A DNA stretch of 64,000 nt. It comes from Mytilus californianus (taxonomy: Eukaryota). The position numbers and the translations under genes are program-made. The notes beneath the pieces were generated by a model. The model had not been told where the DNA came from. It made no database searches and was given only the letters and a program-made list of their open reading frames with translations. Location of the stretch: positions 115,382,001 to 115,446,000 of the forward strand of contig NW_026262581.1 in the NCBI RefSeq assembly GCF_021869535.1, given 5' to 3'. Positions 57,326 through 64,000 of this stretch are shown piece by piece; positions within the stretch are counted from its first letter, which is position 1, and each line of letters begins with the position of its first letter.

Positions 57326-58339
57326 AATCATAAGTAGTGGTAACTACAAGAACAGCGAGCAAAGCTTACATAATAATACCACACATTCTTGTAAAGCCCC
57401 TTATTTTCTAAAAAACAAAACAAAAAATAATTTCGATCAATTAACAAAATAAGAGGTGCACAATAGCATTATATGAAAATAAGGAGATGTGTATATTGTG
57501 GTATGTTTGAATATGGTGTTTACAACTGTCACCGTACGGCCTTAAACAATGAGCAGACCCATACCGAATATGCTATCAAAGGACGCAACTTGACAAAATA
57601 TAAAAAAAAAAATAGAAAACCAACGGACTGATTAGAATTTAGATTTGGAGACAGTTTCAATAAATTCTAATAAGGTTTTTAGGAGGAGTAGCGGATACAA
57701 AATGAGTAATCCCGATAAAGCATGTGAAATCCATTATTTGCATAGAGAAACCCTAAAAAAAATGGATTTACAAAATAGGAGGGGACGAATATTGATAAGG
57801 GATTAAGAAAGAATTGCGAATATAAAATGGGCACACAAAATAATTTTTTTTTTCAAAATGATTCCCAAACGTCCCTTGCATAGACTGAGTTGCTAAAGGA
57901 AAAAACCTAAATTTAATTCAAATAAAAATTATGAGTCCCACAATTGCATTGTATAGGAAATATTATGAAAATGTTTCATTGAATTCTTACTAGGGGTTTA
58001 TTGGAGAGAAGTTGGTGCAACTGTGAACTAACATATGCAGATCTGACAAAGTCAATGTCATTTTAAGGTTAAAATTATTCGGAATAAGAAATGAAATACG
58101 AGGTCATTACGTGGGTCAGATTCTGTAAATGTTAACAAAATTCACTCAAGAGATTCTATGGAAGTTGCAGATACAAAAAGATATTATCCTCTTATTCAAC
58201 TTTTTTCTGTAAAAACACACACATAATCAATTAAAATTAATAACATGGAGTTTTTCAAGTTTCACTATTTTAGATATAAGTGCTTATGACCAATTCAATT
58301 TCTGTCCCGGTCAATGAATTGAAGTTTTACTATCTTTAT

Positions 58340-58970
58340 AAAAATAACAAGATGTGGTATAATTGCCAACGAGACAACTCTCCACAAGAGACCAAATGAC
58401 ACAGGAATTAACGACTATTGGTCACCGTATGGCGTTCAACAATGAGCCAAACCCATGTCGCCCAGTCAGCTATAAAAGTCCCCGAAATGACAAATGTAAA
58501 ACAATTCAAACGAGAAAACTGACGGAATAATTTATGTACAAAATAATGTACGAAAAAACAAATATGATACACAGAAACAAACGACAACCACTGAATTACA
58601 GGCTCCTGATTTGGGACAGGCACATATAGAATATGGCGGGGTTAAACATGATAGCGGGCGCCCAACCCTCCCCCATCACATGGGACAGTGGTGTAACAGT
58701 ACATCATAAGAACTAACTATAAAAATCAGTTGAAAAAGGCTTAACTCATCAGATTGATTACAAACAGTAATACATATAACAAAAAAGAGAGTGGACGTGA
58801 CAGGGTACTTATACATCCCCACAACAAAAAGACACTAAGTACAGATCTGAGAGTACTCGCAGTTACAGTTAAATATCAATCAGTACATATCCAACAGCCA
58901 ATTGAGTTAGTGTAAAGACGTCATTAACAGTCAGAGAAAAACATGACCTTGTGCAATGCCAAGATATGCA
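58340..58970 (+). mobile_element. Family A repeat copy
   Basis: Homologous to 47640-48310. Confidence 0.85.
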
Positions 58971-61788
58971 CGTAAAAGAATTTCACAAGTTATGCAGTTT
59001 CTCAAAATATTAACTTATTAACTATTGTAGTCGATTACAATCGTTAAAATTACAATTAAAACAGTTTTACTATCAAAAACACAAGTTTGAATCCATTTAT
59101 TTATGGTCTTTGGTATGATCGTCTAGTGAAATAAATGTGTTTCAAAACAGTATTGAGTACTCTTGGAGATTTGCCACATTTCGATTACATTATATCACTT
59201 GAGGTAAAAGATCTTTAACATTTGATGTCAAACTGTGAAAGTGTTTCAAGATGTTTTTTTGTAATTCAAGTTTTGTTACCTATAATTCATTATGTAACAT
59301 GTAATAATGTTATAGATTTTAATCCTTTAAATCTTATAAATACTTCAATTATTGTCCTTTTATTTTCAATAAACTATGCTTTGAATAAAGTTTTAGTGAA
59401 AGTTTGTTTGTTCGGAACATAACAAGTTTTCAAATATAAATACATTGGAAGTATAAAAAACACGGTCCTCTTTGCTATTTTACTGGCAATTCATTTCACA
59501 ATTCAAGGTATGAACAGATTTTTTAAGTATTTAAAAAATAAAAATATTTTCTGTAAACTTAATGTTCGAAGTTATATATTTCGATATACATTCGTATATC
59601 TGGCTAGCAAAAGACACTGTTCGTGATTTACCTATGTTTTCTTGCTATTGCCTCCCATTTCATTTCATTGTGAGTTTTCATGGAATTATTTAGATGGACA
59701 TGAGGAATTTGATTCTTTTGAAAAATGGAAATCCAGTGAAAGCTTCGTGTTTTCATAAAACATGAAAACAATTTCACACACCAGGTCTGTTATATAAAAG
59801 GTGTGCGTTATTTCATTTAAACTTAAAGTAATGATATACATTTTGATCTTAATTGACTCCAGATTTTCATAAATCCTTTTCTATGGAACTACAACAGCAA
59901 ATGTAACCTTTTTAATGAAGGGACATATATTTTTTTATGCAGTGTTAATCATTGAATGGAAACTGAAACAGATATATGGTTGCAAATCATTTAACTACAA
60001 ATATACTTCCATATACATACGACAGGAATTGTATGTGATGGCATGTGGCTGGAAACCCTGAAATATCACTTACCAAATAGCACTTTATGAATTGCAGGTT
60101 ATTCGTTATTTTCAAGTTTGTGAATCTAATAATTATTGTTCTAAATGTTAAAGAAGGATTAAAAAAAATTGTTTTACATGTACAACATGTATTTTGTTTC
60201 AACATATTTAACTAACCTGCATTGTTTCAGAAAGTTTGAGAAATGCATATTGCTACTTTTCCTCGTCTTGAGTGAAGGATATTGTCAATACAGCAAGAGT
60301 TATACTATAGCTGGACGTTCTTGGTGCTGAAACATGGAAGGTTTTATTGTTGGAGGAGTGGTAGGAGGAACGATATGTATATTCGTGATAATATCCATTG
60401 TATTGTGCTGTTTGGAATCGGAGGAACGCCAAAACCGAATCAGACAGATAAATATAGAACCAGCAAACGATATCTTTATTAGTAAGTATTGTATGATAAA
60501 CAATTAACGAATCATTGCAACACTGGAATACGAATTATAAATGGTCAAATTATCTTATATTTAAAAGGAAGATGCATAATAGGGGCCATTATTTGGTCTC
60601 CGAAATTGCAAAAATCGCAACATTCTCCAGTCTTTTCGAAATTATGTTAATTTAACTGATATATGTTAAGGACTTAGGTAATACAATCTGTACTCTTTAA
60701 AACAGAAATGGCAGCTGTGATGTCACTGTGAAGTCATTGACGTGTTGAAATCGACTTTAAAAAAACATAAATGCCAATATCACACGTAATGATTGGTAAA
60801 ATAAGATATGACACAATTCAAAAATTTAAAAAAAACTTTTTTTTCAAATAGAATGATGCCTTATGACATTTATGACATGTTCTTTACTTAAAATCCCTTC
60901 GATTCTTAAACTAATGAATTAATTAAAAACCAGTTTATCTCAGGCAAAGTAAAGCTTAGGTGAATTTATTTGTTCTTTTTAGGTCCCTGTTGGTCATATA
61001 GCTCCTAACGTTTTCTGGTCTTATACATCATTGTCTTCCAAATTTTGGGGTTTTGAGCATTCCCGATTAAGCCAAATCCCTTAAAGCGCTCACGAAATTC
61101 TATAAGTGTTATTTTCATTTATGAATATCTGGACGATATAATTTGATAGATTTATATTATTTTTTTTTTTGGGGGGGGGGGGGGGGAGTTTCGAATTCTA
61201 GGGGCGTTATTCTTCTCCTTTAATCTTTGAATTAATTTCAAAATGAAGTTTAATATTCTTTTGATAAGAGTGCTGTCTAATAAAAAAAAATAAACATGTA
61301 ACAATCTATAAATTAGTGTAAATTTTATTTTCAAAGTTTTGGTCTTTATTTCTGATTTTTTTTAAACACGGAGTGAAACGTCACTTTTTCGGAACTTATA
61401 TCATATCGACTCAAATCATTGAAGGATATAACGCAATCAAGCAAGGTTATCGGGTTGTTGACTTACTAGGTCATAATGAGATGATATATAAATTGATATA
61501 CAGTTTGTATCTGCAAGGTACGAAAGCCTATTAGGGTCACAAAAAAAAAAATATATATTTCGTAATAACGAGATAAATATCTCGTAATTACGAGAAAACT
61601 ATCGCGTAATTACGAGATGATTATCGCGTAATTACGAGAAAACTATCGCGTAATTACGAGATAATCATTTTTTATCTCGTAATTACGAGATTTATTATCG
61701 CGTAATTACGAGATAACTATCGCGTAATTACGAGAAAATTATCTCGTAATTACGACAAAACTATCTCGTAATTACGAGATAAAATTAC

Positions 61789-61812
<24 letters not shown>
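61789..61812. repeat. (AT)n microsatellite
   Basis: Directly visible. Confidence 0.9.
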
Positions 61813-61819
<7 letters not shown>

Positions 61820-61864
61820 TACAGACTATGATTACCCTTCCGGGGCACCTGATAAAACGCCCGT

Positions 61865-62460
61865 TTTTATTAGCTCAACTGACCCAAAGGGTCAAGTGAT
61901 CTTTTCCCATCACATGGCGTCCGTCGTCCGTCGTCGTCCGTTAACTTTTACAAAAATCTTCTCCTCTGAAACCACTTGGCCAAATTGAAGCAAACTTGGC
62001 CTTAATCATCCTTAGGGTTTCTAGTTTTAAAAAATGTATCCAAAGACCCCACCCACCAACCAAGATAGCCACCATGGCTAAAAATAGAACATGGGGGGGG
62101 GGGGGTAAAATGTAGTTTATGGTTTATATCTCTGAAACTAAAGCATTTAGAGCAAATATGACAGGGTAAAAATTTTCAGACGAATCAGACTTCCCGTTGT
62201 TGGGATGCTGCCCCTGAATTGGTAATTTTAATGATTATTTTTCAGTTTCTAGTTATTATCTTGAATATTATAATAGAAAGATCTAATCTGTAGCAGCAAA
62301 AATGTTTAGCCAAGTTAGATCTACAAATAAGTCAAATGACCGAAATTGTCAATTGACCCCTTAAGGAGTTATTGCCCTTTAAAGTCATTTCTGCAATTAA
62401 GTAAATTTGTTTAATCTTTTACAAAAATCTTTCTCCTCTTAATCTACTTGGCCAAATGAA
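61865..62460 (+). mobile_element. 3'-truncated second copy of the same HINE-like element, nested in a TIR element
   Basis: TAGCTCAACTGACCCAAAGGGTCAAGTGA, then (CGTC)n, then one internal unit homologous to 14408-14900. Confidence 0.82.
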
Positions 62461-63869
62461 TATTATCTCGTAATTACGAGATAGTTTTCTCGTAATTACG
62501 CGATAATTATCTCGTAATTACGCGATAGTTATCTCGTAATTACGCGATAGTTATCTCGTAATTACGAGATAAAAAACTTATCTCGTAATTTCGCGATAGT
62601 TTTCTCGTAATTACGCGATAATTATCTCGTAATTACGAAATAAAACTATGATTATCTCGTAATTACGAGATAAAACAATGATTATCTCGTAATTACGCAA
62701 TAATTGTCGCGTAATTACGCGATAGTTTTCTCGTAATTACGAGATAAAAATATTTTTTTTGTTACCCTAATAGGCTTTCGTAGTAAGGAGATAAGAAAAG
62801 ATAAGAATAGCAAGTTGTTCAGATGTTAAAATTCCTTTTTTACTCAGCGCATTGAGTTAAAAGTAAAAATAAGCCTATGTAAAGAACTCCTTTTTTAGAA
62901 CATACATTTAGTTTCCAAAATTAATGATTTATGGATCAATTTCTTCGATCAATTGATCGCACATCTGGTGGACTGGTAATTCCCGACCGTAAGACCAGCC
63001 TAGATGTATAAAAAAAAGTACGCTAGCAATGATTTATTAAATCAAATAAAATAATCTGAAAATAATAGCACTATTATAAACATCTTGAAATTCTGACAAA
63101 TTTTGAGTTTCAAACAAGAATACGATTTTAAATTTTATGAAATTGTTTTTATTCTAGGCCATTGGAATTTTGTTTATTCACCATGCACCCCCTTAGTTAT
63201 ATAGTTTTTCGTGAATAAATACATCTTTGGCATTCTCAATACTTGACTCTAAGCTTTCCCTCTCAAAGTGCATAAAAAGATCAGTACTGTTTGATAATTA
63301 CTTTCCTGTGTAAGCAAAAAATATGGTAACTTACGAAAGCGTTGAATATTTATTTATGATTACAGGAATACACCAAACCTCCTCCCATACATCCACGTAT
63401 CCTCCACGAGGACCACCACCGGCGTACCCGGGAAGATAGCATAAAATAAAGGCAATAACAATGCTACAAAATATGAAAATGAGAACAAACCAGTAGCAAG
63501 CAAAGTTAAGTCAGGCGTAAACTGCAGAAAAGTACACTCAATAACAGGTCATGAACAAAACTTTTGGAGGACAACACTGAAGCATTAATCAGGGGAACTT
63601 GGCAAACATATTATATATTTTCCGGGTCTATGAATCCATCTGTTGAAAACCGACCGGATGACTTGCATTATTTGTGTTCTAGATGTTATGATTACCGCTA
63701 ATACGTTCTCATCTAAAATTTAAAATTCTCATTCACGGTCATTTGCCATAATTCGTACTCAAATAGGTCGAATTATTGCTCATAATACAAACGTATGCAA
63801 AAACGAGAAAAATAAAGGAAAACACGTTTTTCTTTTTATCAAACACTTGAAAATCGAGAATCTGGCATA

Positions 63870-64000
63870 TTGAACACCTGGTGAATGCTCAACTGAATTT
63901 TAATAAATTAACTTGCATTTCTCAGGCCTGTATGCCAGCATACGAACCTGGTGTATGCTAAAGTCTACATTTAATTTATACATTGCATTTCTCAGGTCTG
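63870..64000. repeat. Diverged 70-bp tandem repeat running off the window end
   Basis: CCTGGTG.ATGCT and TTGCATTTCTCAGG each recur at a 70-bp spacing. Confidence 0.7.

Larger units (their letters stand above)
61521..62780. mobile_element. Foldback-like TIR element with modular palindromic subrepeats
   Basis: The left end CGAAAGCCTATTAGGGTCACAAAAAAAAAAATAT is inverted at the right end (...TTTTTGTTACCCTAATAGGCTTTCG), with TA on both sides. Inner arms 61558-61785 and 62461-62745 are ~22-bp tandem units built on ATCTCGTAATTACGAGAT. Confidence 0.85.
59453..63439 (+). pseudogene. Disabled small type-I membrane protein gene (CYYR1/Shisa-like): join(59453..59507,60231..60481,63366..63439)
   Basis: Exon 1 encodes a signal-peptide-like (I)KNTVLFAILLAIHFTIQ with donor AG|GTATGA but begins with ATA rather than ATG. 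Exon 2 encodes a Cys/Tyr-rich ectodomain (YCYFSSS/SEGYCQYSKSY...WC*N), a TM segment (FIVGGVVGGTICIFVIISIVLCCL) and a charged tail. It has a 1-nt frameshift near 60269 and a TGA at 60328. Exon 3 is RIHQTSSHTSTYPPRGPPPAYPGR*. Phases 1 and 1 match. The family label is from architecture only. Confidence 0.72.

Noticed and set aside
60328-60330. In-frame TGA at a likely Cys position as selenocysteine
   Set aside because: The gene has other disabling lesions, and I could not recognise a SECIS element after 63439; a nonsense mutation is simpler.
61558-62745. CRISPR-like regular palindromic repeats
   Set aside because: The units are nearly abutting with only ~4-nt spacers, there are no unique spacers or cas genes, and the context is eukaryotic; a TIR subrepeat array explains it.
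12029-63439. USP, Roc-COR and membrane-protein genes as a co-oriented functional cluster
   Set aside because: Three genes on the same strand is unremarkable, they are separated by 6-13 kb of TE-rich DNA, and there is no shared regulatory evidence.

Overview
AT-rich, repeat-dense eukaryotic genomic DNA. It is most likely from a bivalve mollusc: the repeat families resemble those I recall from Mytilus, which is inference. Three intron-containing loci on the + strand were assembled by hand from GT-AG sites and codon phase. (1) An intact 4-exon universal stress protein (USP) gene, 12029-20028, 146 aa, with a complete G-2x-G-9x-GS ATP-binding motif. (2) A ~15-exon gene, 33412-53808, ~830 aa. It encodes a Roc-like GTPase fold with degenerate G1/G3/G4 motifs, then a COR-like region, a low-complexity tail, a hydrophobic helix and a C-terminal CaaX box (CTLL). 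No LRR, ankyrin or kinase domain was seen, and one exon junction is unresolved. (3) A disabled 3-exon CYYR1/Shisa-like single-pass membrane gene, 59453-63439, with a PPAY motif. Between and inside these genes are a decayed CR1/L2-group LINE, a short LINE insertion with a 118-bp target-site duplication, and many Penelope-like RT fragments. There are also fossil hammerhead ribozymes, a Gypsy-like gag fragment, Helentron-type non-autonomous elements, a foldback-like TIR element built of 18-bp palindromes, and several tandem repeats. Most ORFs in the supplied track are spurious or TE-derived. No tRNA, rRNA or CRISPR array was found.
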